Of a stretch of 64,000 bases of DNA, positions 51,701 to 64,000 are shown one piece after another. Under the pieces are notes generated by a model, which was given only the letters and a program-made list of their open reading frames with translations, was not told the DNA's origin and did no database searches. Source of the DNA: Tubiluchus corallicola (Eukaryota > Animalia > Priapulida); NCBI GenBank assembly GCA_030141605.1, contig JAQGDQ010000233.1, positions 62,001-126,000 of the forward strand, given 5' to 3'. A program made the position numbers and the translations under genes. Within the stretch, counting starts at the first letter, position 1. Each line of letters opens with the position of its first letter.

Positions 51701-54700
51701 TTGGCAATATGCATTATTCATTATTATTACATCCAATGCATACCATCAAATCTGCAGGATAAAGCAGGTATTAGATAAGCCTAGTTAATTTTTCAGATGC
51801 ATGGGAACATTCAAATGGAACAAATAATTTCTGAATTCAAAGCACTGAAACATGCCGTTCACCGGTGAACTGTAACATGATGATTTCGCTTTTTTCTGGA
51901 TATTTTAATTAACAGGGATAATGAATTCTTTGATACATTTACAGGAAGTCCACATTTACTGGGTGTTATTTCAAGTGTTATTCCTTTAAAATATGGAAAA
52001 CCTTAGATTGTGGTGATCCTTCTGTGCCATGCTGCTGAGACGTCTTTCCCAGTTTGTCATCGTCACTTGGTAATAAGGGTAGCCTAGAATAAACAATACC
52101 ATAAATGCAAAACACACTCAATACAGTAAAAGTTACATGAGACCTACCAGAAGACTGACTCCGTTAATTTTACAGCGGCAAAACAGCAATGATGCTATGT
52201 TTTTGTCAACATATCAGTATTTTTTTCAAGAATTTAAATACATGTACAGACTCCAACCTTGCGTTAATTCCAAAGTCCGGCTTAAATAGAATAGATTTTT
52301 AAAATACACATTTGTACTGAAATCAAAAGAAATGGCTGACTGATCAATGTCTTTGGACAGGCACTAAACTACATATAAGAACATATTAATCACAATAATA
52401 TGAACTTTAAATATCGCGATTGTTCTTTTGTTTACATTTATAAGGCTATAGGTTATTTACGCTAACAGATTTGTACCAGTAAAACGCTACAGAACTCACT
52501 GCAAAATGCTCTGAGAATTTTTCACACTGTAGTACATTGCTCTCGTTCATGTAACTAGAAATGTAACAGCGATCCCAAACTAATTAACATGTTAATCTGT
52601 CAACTGCATGCAGAAGCTTAATAACAAACAGCCAGAAATCAATTTTTCTTTCTTACAGTTTTACAGATCCTCGTACAGTTTTTGCAACTGTCTGCTTAAT
52701 ACTAACTAATTAGTCATTTACAAAACCTGACAGTTCTGCCAATCCACTATAAAAGCACTTAGTAAAGAATGTTTCCTCAAGTGCTTATAGCTCAATTTGC
52801 TGGGAGGTGGTATATACTTCCACACTTGGGAGTGACTAATAATTGAATGACGTTTATCAAGTCAATTATGCCAATTTTAGTATTACATCACTACTGGTAT
52901 AATTATAAAGAAATTAGATTAGGTTTACTACACTATAGTCATTTAATCATGTACTTTGAAACATAATATAAAATTTGTGCACATACCCCAAAATAAACTT
53001 TTAAGTATTTCTTAACTTACTAAATGTGTCTGCTTTAGTTGCCACACACAAATATACAGTGAGTTAATTACAACATTGCATGCTCGTTACTTAGGATGCA
53101 TACCATAATGGTTGCCTGTAATTGACGGATTAAAGGACACAGCGTATGGGTTGTGACTTAGTTGTACAGGTGGAGCTTTTATTATTTTAAAGGAAGATCC
53201 AGCATGGCACCTCACAGAACCAGCACCTCACTTTGTCGAAAACAAACATAGCTGTTGCTGTGTTATATGATGTTCTGCTCCGTGAAAAATGCTTTTAAAG
53301 CTTTCTTTAATCTTTATTTTCGGCTGTTACAAGACGACAACAAAATGAGCTTATCAAAATAAGAGGGTACTTTGATGTGACATAAATTATCCTCCAATCA
53401 TGCACAATGGGTGTGTCTTAAACTTATTACTCCAGATCAGATTATTCAAGGTAGCTCAGAAATTACCACATGAGCTCATTAAAAAGCACACAGGGGTGGG
53501 GCTTTAGAAATATCAGTCTTTCAGTGAATTCACACAAACAAATTACCGAGTTCTGTGTTTAAATGCCGATGGCACTCTAAAACAGTAGGCAGCGAATCAC
53601 CTTATGAAGTGGCTTTACATTGCTATACAAATACTTATGGGCAGACAGTGTCATGATTTGAGACAGGAATAATGAAACACTGTTTAACTTTGCCAGTGTC
53701 ACAACAAATAAAATAATCCCAATAAATATCACATATTCATTTATTTTATTAATTTGTATTTGCTTCGCTCATCCATGTCTTCTGTTTAAATATACTCATT
53801 TATTACCATATTTATCAATTTCCCCGTGTAAGCAAACTGAACAAAAGAGATTAGCAGCTGTTGCGCTCTTTGGACACGTTCTGTGCTGTGCTAGCCAGTC
53901 CTTGGCTGTGAGCTTGCTACTGTAAGTACTGAACAGAAAACTTCAGTTTTAATTAAAAAACTGTCCAAATTTCGAAAATATTGCACAGGCAAAAACTTAA
54001 GAAGGTTTTTACATCATGCACTTATATCTTGCTAAAAGAAAGATGTAGTTTGATGCGTTTGAAAGGCAGGATATTATATTTTTAAAGCTGTAATTTTGCA
54101 CGCCATAAATAAACATTATGAATAAAAACTAGCTATAATATACACTGCAAAATTTACAGATCGTCTTATCTCAAACACGAAAAATGTACACTATTTAGCT
54201 GTAAGTTACTGCCACAGCAAAACGTCAAACATTTAGATAAACAGAACCATGATGTTTTATCAGCTCTCCTGATAGATCAAAGATATCAAAGATAATTCTG
54301 GAAGAATAACATAACGGTGTATGAACTAGTAATTGCTCTCTGAGTATCTTGTGTGCCGCCTACAGCTGTGCATTGAAGGAAACTCTCATTAGAGTGAATT
54401 AATTAAAGAATTTACTATATTACGGGTCGAGGGAGAAAGTACAGACTACCAGGTGGCACAAAAGATTATGGATTACAAATTCGCATCTCAGCTCATTACA
54501 CTCTTCTTTTATAGTACAAATTCAGTAATAGTAAACTTTGCATCTTCTAATTCTAGAACACTCCACAAAAAAGCAATGTCATACAATGAAAAAAATGAAA
54601 TTTCAATAGAAATCAAGTTTCTTCACTGCCTACAGCATCATTTACATACCTATATCTTTTAAAACTGTACAACTGAGTAACATCCTATTTATTCAGCCTT

Positions 54701-57700
54701 TGTTGTCAAAAAGTTTTAATTAAAGCAGATGTAAATATTTTCAATGAAAGCTATAGGGTTAGTAGAAAATAATTATGTTAAACCAAAACGCCAACTGGTT
54801 GTAATTAAGAAACACATTCAGAAAAACCTAGTTCTAAATTAAGCATTCAACTTTTACCATATTTTATAAAAAATTTATATAGATCTTACTGATCTGCCGC
54901 CGAAACAAATCCATTAGACAGTTCGTCACTGGTGATCTCTGCTTCAGAGTCTAACTGTTGCAGAAGCACAAAGTAAATTTCTATCAAGTTGCACATTGCA
55001 AGCTGAAAAATGAAAATGTTGCTGAACTGCTTTGCAACTATGCTAGGCTTAATTGTCGGACAAAATCTGCAGCTCACTCTACTCTTTAGATTGAATTTGA
55101 GCAAGCATACTGACTGGAACTATAGAAACGTTAATTTTAAGTGCCAAAAAACTGTCTTGAAAATACTTATATAAATAAGGGCCCTGTCCAAATGCTTGTA
55201 CATATAAGCATAGCACAATGAATTAAAAAAACAAATAAATAATATTAATCTAAGAACAACTGTTTTGCTGGTTAGCAGCTAGGATTGCTGATTATCAGAC
55301 GAGATAATCACAAGTCGCTAATTTATCAATACAAATTTGTGTTTTGTGCATCAAGAAGATAAAGAAGACAGCTTCAGTCATTGATGTTATTATTACAACA
55401 TTTCAGTTTTGTTTTTTTCTTATTTGCTTCTGTTTTCCTTGTTTTGTTTTGTATGATTTATATTTAACTTATTTTTCCTTAGTTTAATTTATTATATTAT
55501 TTTTATGAACATCTTTGGTTGATCATTCTACTGTTTTTTGTCGGATTTTTTTAGTTAATGCTCACATTATCCATTTTCTGTTATGTTAAAAATCATAAGT
55601 TATTTTTATTTTGTTTGCATTGCATATTCACAGTATTGTAGAATTGTAAATTTTTGGTTATTTAAATTATAATGTTCTACAATATTGCGTTTCCCATCAG
55701 TGAATTGCCAATTACACACGTCAACAAAATTCAAATTTAAATTGAAAACGGAGCCAAAATTAATTTTACTTAATCGTTGCTATTTAAGGGTGGCTGACTA
55801 GATAACCTAGCGTGGATGACTAGATAACCTACGTGTTCTTCGCTGCCCTTCTCCTTTGTTACATAATATTGCATGTATTCCTAATACTGTATTTTGTTAA
55901 TTCTTGAGGAGATAATAAATGAATTGAATTGAATTAAATAAATCACAAGTCACTGAATTATGTCAGGTAATTTATGTATAATACAATTAATTTTTTCAGC
56001 TACTAGTGGATATAATGGGTACCAATAGAAAAGGTTAAATGCCTGAAAAGAGACGTAGGATAGAATATGTAGAAGTTTACATTTGGCTCATTTTAGAGGG
56101 ATAATGGATTTACCCTTAATAACGCCCATTCATGTGACACAAACACCTCGTTCAGTAAGCCTTGCCTTTCAATGCCAGATTCCGGTTTGGAGTGAGCCAA
56201 AGTATAATTAACCAAAGGCCATAAAAATATAGCACTTGGTTAATTACTATACTATCTAAATAAAATAGATGCGGTGGTGGTCTTTGTGTTATTCAGGTCC
56301 GATTTCTGTATTAATTCAGCGATAAATATTGTACGAAATATATAAGATAGACAAAAAACAATGTGCTAGCTGTTGTTAAGTGAGCTTTACAATATACAAT
56401 CTACTGAATGCCTTGCTAGCTACAGCCAGCTTTCTGCTACTAGACTATGATGAGGAGCCACATAGTTGTAAGCATATATCACAAATGTATAAATCAGCTA
56501 ATTAATTATTCAGTTGACTTTTTGTTAGCTTATTGCGGGTTTGTAACAACATGTACATCAACTTTACATTACATTAAGTGAAGATTTCATGATTACAATT
56601 ACGCACTTCATTATTCACGGTCATCCACAGTAAAGTGAGTTTAATGACTGCATTTTTAAATATGGATGCAGGTTTCGAGTCTCAGCATTTCGTATCTGCA
56701 TTAAATAACTCAAGGCAAATTACCTTGTCACCAAGAACAATATCTTCTCCTCTAACATGATTAAGATGTATTTTAAGAATGTCAAATGAAAGTGCATCAA
56801 TTGCACACTGACAGTTGCGAGCCTCATCTTCAAGTGTCTGTGGGTTACGAATCACATCTAAAGAAAAACACTAGACGTTAAATAATGAAAAAATATTTTA
56901 ACAAAATTTACCTCTTTGACATAATTACAAGGATTAGGTCTAATCATACATTTCTACAAAAGAAGCAAAAGAAGATAAACTGTAAACTGAAATTATGTCT
57001 TTCAAAAATAATCACTTTGTGAATAACTGAATGATTCTTTTCTACTGAAAGAAAATGTAAATGCAATATCTTCTTCAAACAAATTACAGTTTTAAATTGA
57101 AATGGCTTCTTCCACTTCAGTCAAGGAAAATGTACAACATTTTGTAATATTACAAATAAATACTCAGCCTAATTGATAGCATATTCATATGTTAAAACTA
57201 GAAATATGGGAATTTTCCAATACTATATACCAAGTAAAGGATCTTCTAATAAAGTCTCATGCAAAAGGACAAAAACATCAGATGTGACATCTGCAATAGA
57301 TTCCAGTTTGCCGCTGACTCCGCAATGACCCAGCATTTCATTGAGCATAACCAAACAATCTGAAAATGCAAGCAGGTAATAAAGACATTGCAAAATAATA
57401 AAATTAAAAGCAAAAAATAACTAATACTTTCAAATAGAAAGTGTACAACAAAAGGAACTATTGGGCTAGAGTCACCATAATAAAAATTGACTTCAATATT
57501 AAAAATGTTTTTGTAAGTTGAGTACCTAAATCAGGTGGCACATATATATATATATATGTGTGTGAACAAAAAACAGTAAAGTGATGAGGGCAAAAATGAC
57601 AGTGTCTCAGATTCAGGCATTCATTTATTTACAATCTTCATTTCAAGATTACCATTAACGATGGAACAAAACCACAGTTAAATTTTGATGCAAAACTAAA

Positions 57701-58237
57701 AAATCCAAACCAGGATCGTATGTTCAATAACACTTCAGTAAATGTAGTTCGACAGAAGGGGCTACGGAACCCTCAGTTCTGGGTTCCTTACATAAGGTTA
57801 CACAAATGCAAACAATGATGAGGTAGCTGCAAAAGTGTGTTAAAGATGAGTTAAAAGTAAATATTGAGAGGAAATGAAGTCTTTATAATTGTTGCTATTT
57901 TTGAACCTCAGGCAAAGTATTAATTACCTCCCTGTACAAGTTATGAGGCTTCTCAGTTTCAGAGGAACAGGCTTAGGCATGTAGGCATGCCTGTAGGCCT
58001 GCAGGCCAAACTGTAGGCATATCTTATGCACTTCAAAACATTCTTCCAAGTTAATAATAATTGATTAAATTAGATTGGCTAAATACTGAGATAAAATATA
58101 CAAATAAAATTTAATATTAGCCAAGGGTACAAAGGGAAATGAACAGAGAACAGCCACATAAATCACAAAATACAAACTTTATGTTAATTTTTGAAGTTAC
58201 TAAACTTACTTGATTCATGCTCTGGTGAAACACTCAT
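42785..58237 (-). CDS. CEP95: Centrosomal protein of 95 kDa (CCDC45) orthologue, 14-16 coding exons, about 830-900 aa
   Basis: Exons 58237-58210, 57359-57231, 56857-56724, 55002-54890, [53928-53807 and 53175-53091 tentative], 52083-52002, 51512-51449, 50554-49804, 48261-47918, 46945-46850, 46354-46110, 45824-45672, 44996-44869, 44118-44034, 42931-42785 are phase-consistent. N-terminal PQTLEDEARNCQCAIDALSFDILKIHLNHVRGEDIVLGDK..NLIEI and C-terminal DFPFLHMSP, RLRAKMLKQRTREEMMFKRLF, YHDQLAMLAE, EIRGLQEQI..DTHFRELD match remembered human CEP95. Confidence 0.9.
44119..44868 (-). other. U12-type (minor spliceosome) GT-AG intron in CEP95
   Basis: Donor GTATCCTT (44868-44861). Branch CTGCTTAAC (44137-44129) about 11 nt from the AG, with no polypyrimidine tract. 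The splice restores the frame (TT|A-YHDQL). Confidence 0.85.
47060..47565 (+). mobile_element. 3' end of a non-LTR retrotransposon (L2/RTE-X-like), antisense in a CEP95 intron
   Basis: KIAYNKGIRILFNLPYDCLARQMC..NLPYFDFIIR..IYS..R..S.NELI..W..LY* resembles a LINE ORF2 C-terminus, followed by a short 3' UTR with AATAAA. Confidence 0.75.
55600..55935 (+). mobile_element. LINE/SINE 3' tail (L2/Crack-like) with (GAATT)n end
   Basis: AAGGGTGGCTGACTAGATAAC...TTCTTCGCTGCCCTT stem, then AATAAA and TGAATTGAATTGAATT. Contains an internal 22-bp duplication. Related to 62859-62997. Confidence 0.55.
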
Positions 58238-60094
58238 CTTGAACACTGTATTTAACACAAAAAATTACAAATACACAATCGGGGGACCTGGTGCTTCCAT
58301 ATGTCACCTAAAAATATAACAGCAGTAATCAATTTAACTTGTCTATCAAAGGTGTGCTTCCAAAGAATACTCACACAATTTTACATCACAGCTTACATAG
58401 GGGGCCTATTACTAACCAATATAGTAGCAACTAGTACACAATATACAAATTTTTTTAGTCACTATTAATGAACCAGTATTCATAATTCAGTTTAATAACA
58501 CATTTTTTATGCTTATAAGATCCCTTAGCATCATCAATATCAATCATCAAGGTAGCTCAGCATCAATATCATCTATTTATTTCAGATTAAATAGAATTGA
58601 TTCCAAGGATTAATGCATATTTACTAAGTTCGAAACTATATTCTATAATTCGAAATTATTAAGTTTAGTCTTAATCCTCATTGCAATGATCAACAAGCAA
58701 TCACTCAGTCCAGGGCATGCTAAGACATTACGTTGCCATAGGCTGAAAGTGAACAGTCCCATCCATCCCCATTACGGTTCCTTGTGCTGTATTAGTACCA
58801 CTATTACTTAGAATCTATGCAGTTATTGTTAAGTGCAATAGTCAATCATCAATTGTCAATTGCTTTTGTGTAGTACTTCCTTTCATTCATTAATTATACA
58901 AACTATATATAATGTATAATATGTATACACGGACAAACCATACTTGTTTATTATATAACGGTTGCATAAAACCAGCCTCGGTAATTCATTGTGGTGTGTT
59001 GTAATTATTTGTATTTTAAGTGTAATCTGGAGACTGATTGCATCTGCACTGTCTATTCAGAGATTGACTGCATCCATAACTATGTCTCCAAAAGCTTTAA
59101 TACATCCAAGAAAAATAGGAAAGAAAAATTTGCTGGACTATCCAAATTTTGAATCGAATATTCAACAGAACAGCAGGAACATGTTACATTACTAATATTA
59201 ATTATTTTCCAGTTTACAATGTAATGTATCAGACTGTGTTAGCTCTTACAACATCCCTAAAATCACAAAATGGACTTAATTAGCAGATCACGCTACAAGA
59301 TTCAAACTTCACTACAAATATTAGCAGACATGCTATTGTAAATGCAGTATCATAGAATTATAGGGTGCAGCACCTATTCTCATCTGTAGAATCATATAAA
59401 TGTTTAGATTCCAAATTGCAAAAATTATTAGTTGAAAGCAAAAACACACCACATTGTCTACGGAAACAATCGTGATAACTTTTGCGATAACTTAGTTGTT
59501 CATTTGGTGTACTGGCATTGGTGTACAATTAGTGATTTGTAAAAACCGTTATTTATGCACTGTTAACTAAGTACAATAATGAAGTTGGTAAAAAATGGAA
59601 AAAAGCACTAAATATTAAACTCCTACCTTTTGAAATCTACAGTAAGATCAAGAGCTCACAATCAAGTAAGTGTAAATTAGATCAACTTACCCAATAGTTC
59701 TAGCATTAAATTCTGCATTCCACAATGCATTATGCCCTTTTGATAACCTTAACGAATGCTGTTAGACTGAAGCTGGCCTATTTAGTTTAACAAGGTACAA
59801 TAATAACAGTTTTAAATACTCTGAATATGCGTTCAAAACTTTTCAAGCATCGACCTATGACATTATTTCAAGTTAGCCAAAAGCAGATCCACTAAAGCAT
59901 AGAGAGTTTGGTGTTTTGGAAATTGCATGTAGTTTTCAATCTACTGTGGAGAAAGCATTGCTAGCACAAGTGGTTTTGCTCTGCTGTGGTTTTGGCTCCA
60001 AACATAAATAGTTTCAAAAATCGATTTGATGAAACACTGGGCTGCCTATCATTACTCTACACACTGAGGAATTACACAATTACACACTGAGGAA

Positions 60095-60345
60095 TAAAAT
60101 CTGAAGACTTTTTAATAAATACCAAAGCGAAAAAGTCATTCAACGCATTAGCCTTATCTAAGTCATTAAGCAGAACTTCATTATCTGGTCCTAACAAAGA
60201 ATCTATGAAATTCTTCGGCTTAGTAAATTGTTTTGTGTAACTGAATAACTTCTTTGGATTAGTTCTTATACTCAGTACAAGGTTCTTCTCATAGACTTTC
60301 CTAGACTCTATTAATGAGTCCTTGAGATGTTTTGATCTTCAGTAC
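60095..60345 (-). mobile_element. CR1 LINE ORF2 fragment (region upstream of RT)
   Basis: SRKVYEKNLVLSIRTNPKKLFSY...LNDLDKANALNDFFALVF matches the CR1 motif YE..L...IK.NPK.F..Y...KA..LN.FFASVF. Confidence 0.85.
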
Positions 60346-60559
60346 TGTTGAACAATATCTTATGTGCATGAGAGTGAAAATGAGTAAATCTTCTCCATGC
60401 TGTAGATTTCTGTCTAGCTGCTTGGCATATAATTGGCGCTCTTTGCCAGACAGGTTTAACCTTTGTCCCAGCACCAATACACAATGTAGGTACATAACTA
60501 TTTACAACATGGTTATATATATATACAATTACAAAGAAATGATTTCCAGCACATGTAAT

Positions 60560-60912
60560 CAGGGCCTATTTCAGCCTAGGCGAGGCCCGGGGAAGTGGGG
60601 CGGGCGCTACCATGGTTGGCGCCCAGAAAATTTTTGAACTGCTAGAACGCCAGAGAAGCATTTTCGATGAGAAAATATGGAGTTATACAGTTGTTAAAGG
60701 AAAGAACAATTGAAAGAAAAACTGCTTTATTCTCAAAACAAGTCCTTAATACATGTCAATACTGGCAAACGGCGCACGTGCGGCAAGAGGGAGAGAGGAG
60801 GCAGTATGTTCGTATAAAGCAAAAAAAATGTTACCTTGGCGCGAGGCCCCCCTGGAGGGTGAGGCCCCGGGGAAGTATCCCCACTTCCCCCCCCCCCTTG
60901 AAATAGGCCCTA
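60560..60912. mobile_element. Young hAT MITE, 353 bp
   Basis: TIRs CAGGGCCTATTTCA...TGAAATAGGCCCTA (13/14 match) and a perfect 8-bp TSD CATGTAAT (60552-60559, 60913-60920). Confidence 0.93.
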
Positions 60913-62858
60913 CATGTAATAACATCAAGTATTACTTTTAGTATTAAACACTGTTTCCCAGTCAACAAAGAAAAAAGCTTGATTAGCATCTACAAAATTA
61001 GTCTTACTATACAATTTCACAATACGGGAACATAAGTTTCTATTTACGAAAGTGTATAGCAGTTCAAAATAAATGCATCAGTTGTAGAAAAAGGTTCAGC
61101 AACCACAAGATTACTTGTATTGTGATAATTACTTGTTATTACTAACTCTAAAATGCTATTAATAATAATAATAGTAACAGTAACGGCTCTGACATGTCAT
61201 GACGTTAACTGTTTCTTTTTTGTATCTAAAAATTAGTCGGATTCAAACTTACCTGCCTGAGAAACTAACACAAAACAAAATTTTGAAATTCGCAGATGCC
61301 AATAGATGATATCTTCAATGGCCACAAAATTTACTTAATTATTGAAAAAGCCCCTGATTAACACTGCGATAGTCACAAATTGGCGCACTAGAAATAGTTG
61401 AAATTTTGTTGACCAAAAGCACACGATAACGTATAAAAAAACTGATCCATCGTAATTTGAAAATTATACAGGTGATTAAAACTGGTTATACGTTCCAATG
61501 TAAATATGTAGTAGATTAGTAGATCCCAGTGATTGCCAATACATGGCACCTGATAGGGGAAAAATTATCACAAGAATAGCCATTACATCAATATCAGGCG
61601 CCTCATGGAATTAGCGTCTACATAACTTGTGAAGTTTGTATGCAAGTTCAAACATAAATTGCTGTCCAACCTGTTCAAAAATTATTATACTACTGTGTCT
61701 GATATACAAGATACAAAGCTACAATACAAGATGTCCCACTAATAGTTCCCCTCTTCTTTGAAAGATTTAATACGTCTAAAGGACAAAAATCTTTAAAATA
61801 TCTAGTACCTATATTTTGGAACACTTTGCCTGGTGATATCACTACAGGGTCGTTAGATTCTTTGAAATGGAAATACTGCTCTCTTCCAATTGAGTACTAC
61901 AACATTCCCAGCCCTTATAAGATGTATTAGACATTATTAGCTACTCAATAAATTTAAATTTATAATTATTATTTTCTCATTTGAGGCAACATCAAGTCTA
62001 TAGTCATTAGATTCTACCCCCAATTTAAATTTTGTTCTAATTTGTGCATCACGCAGAAGCTGATAAAAGATAAATGCATGTTATGCATGTATTGCTTATA
62101 TGCCAGTTATTTTCTCTTTTGAGGTTTGCTTACTTCATTTTGTTTTACATATTTTTTCCTGTGTATGCTTCATTGAGCACTCTTCAAAAATTATGTTATT
62201 TTGCTACATACATAATCTTTATTTAAAGTTGGGAGTACAACGGAAGAACATTAGCCAAATAGGCTACTAATACCGACTGAATATACTATGCTAAAAAGTT
62301 TACTAAAATAGATATACAATTACAAATTGGAAATAAAATCGAAAGATGAAAAAACAAAAATGAAAATGGAGTACTCTGCAACTTACAAAATAAAAACATA
62401 CAAGCAAGGATAAAAACAAGACAGGTTTATCTTTTGCTTATTTTGTTCAGTTTTGCCAATTTTTTGTTCATTTATTTGCTTATTTTCTTTATATTGCAAA
62501 AGACAAATGCATGGAGACGTGTTGTACGTTTATAATTTACTCCCTCTCATTTTCATATGAGTATTTGTTTATGTTTAAATGCATGTGCAACTGTGTATTT
62601 AATTATTGTAATTATTTGCTTATTTTTGCTTAGTCGTGATTTTTTTCGTTTTAGCTTACTACAAGATTATATTAGACTGGTAATTTGCTTAATCTTATAT
62701 GCAATTCTCATGCCTTGACATTTAACCAAATTTATTATTTTTATTCTACATGACTATCATAGTTTTATTTTTTCTAAATTTTTCTCATTCCACTCCAATT
62801 ATCTGTTTAAAATGTTCACTGTTAGCACCATTACCATTATTTCTTAGTGTCCTATGAG

Positions 62859-62997
62859 AAGGGTGGCTGATTTGATAACTGTTTGATTTTTCGCCACTCT
62901 TTCTTCATTTTGCTTGTTTTGATTCTCACTCATCAGTTTGATAACTTACTCCAAAATTTTTGAAAAACAAATGCTTGTTCTTCAGGCTGAATAAAAA
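62859..62997 (+). mobile_element. Second, diverged copy of the LINE/SINE 3' tail
   Basis: AAGGGTGGCTGATTTGATAAC...TTTTTCGCCACTCTT followed by AATAAA, the same layout as 55786-55935. Confidence 0.5.
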
Positions 62998-64000
62998 CCA
63001 AGTTAAGACAAAATAACAATTTACAATAAATAATCCAATTTTATCATCTTACCTCCTTCAGTTACCTTCTTCGTGGTTTGTTAAACAAGAATTTTTTTCT
63101 TTTACGCATTGAGTGCATGAGAATACTCCTCAGAAATAACTGAATTTCAGTCTGTTCAGGCCATACGAAAACAAAAACACCAATAAAAGGTTCCATACAA
63201 AATAATTTTATCTTAATACTCTGGCATATTATAGCACACATTCAAAACATAACTCGTACTGTCACACATTACTAAATCAGTTTTAATGCTGTGTAGTAAA
63301 CACATTTTGCTACTCATCCTTATAATACATGCAAAAAATCAATAAAACAGTGACTGTTAATGAAAATATTACACTGTACTTGTGGTTAAGTAATCTTAAA
63401 ACAAAATACATGAAAACTGTAGAGAATGATTTCAGTCTAACAACTGAATGAAATTCGTAAAGCAAATGCAAATCCACTCCATTTTAATAAAATTACCAAT
63501 GTTCACAAGTCCTAGACACAAAAATATTATGGACACATACACATGTACATTACATCATACGAATTACGTAATGCCTTTTTTCTTTCCTCTCTAATGTAAT
63601 AATATATTAGTGTAGTTTTTTCAGTTAATGTACTGCTGATGGTGCCAGATAAGTAACTATCGTGAAGCACAGACATAATTTGACAAATTAAAAATCTCTT
63701 TTCACTTCTCTGCACAAAAAAAATTGCTGTATCTTATTACGATAAAAGAAAACAGTACACAATTTTAGACGCGCTAAACTCAATATGATCCACGGTCTAA
63801 CATATCTTAAAGTATTATTTTTGAAAGCACCACTTACATTGGAAGCTTAATTTCAAAATATGCAATGGTCAAAAGATTGTAATACTTTTTTACAGTAGGG
63901 CTGTAAATCATCCATATTTGCATAACTAATAAACTAATGGCAGCTGCAACAAGTAGCTCTGTAATAAGATTTGTAGCACTGCATAAAATTTTGCTTGCCA

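Noticed and set aside
52725-52835. Additional CEP95 exon (HSQVWKYIPPPSK...)
   Set aside because: No canonical donor gives the phase needed to join the next exon.
53176-53195. TTCCTTTAA as a U12 branch point
   Set aside because: No matching U12 donor upstream; better explained as a Kolobok-like TTAAAGG terminus.
59691-60495. A separate upstream gene or bicistronic partner of CEP95
   Set aside because: The coding-like part translates as CR1 ORF2 and the remainder has stops.
60667-60941. Three overlapping Pro/Gly-rich ORFs
   Set aside because: All lie within the GC-rich hAT MITE.
1-64000. CRISPR arrays, operons, rRNA or tRNA genes
   Set aside because: The DNA is eukaryotic and spliced. No repeat-spacer array or recognisable structural RNA was seen, and the tandem repeats are two-copy without spacers.

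Overview
This is AT-rich, intron-containing nuclear DNA from an invertebrate bilaterian, probably a protostome judging by the MRTF motifs SLKVKLMxRRP, TIKFHEYKGPP and QWQLE. It is not prokaryotic, so most entries in the ORF track are spurious or are single exons. Five genes were reconstructed by hand from GT-AG junctions with consistent phases: CPLANE2/RSG1 (+, 2212-6839), MRTF/myocardin-related factor (-, 25478-10934), PICK1 (+, 30618-38561, head-to-head with MRTF), an intronless orphan 2-TM PPxY protein (-, 41873-40704, tail-to-tail with PICK1) and CEP95 (-, 58237-42785). Introns hold Tigger-, hAT- and Kolobok-type MITEs, decayed LINEs and many short tandem duplications. Three observations stand out. 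(1) The orphan membrane protein ends in -QSSV, one residue from the PKC-alpha -QSAV ligand of the PICK1 PDZ domain, and a palindromic AATAAATTTATT poly(A) site lies between the two genes. (2) CEP95 has a U12-type intron with a second U12-like acceptor leading to a possible alternative terminal exon. (3) A compact bidirectional promoter joins the actin-linked genes MRTF and PICK1. Gene names rest on remembered protein similarity; no searches were run.
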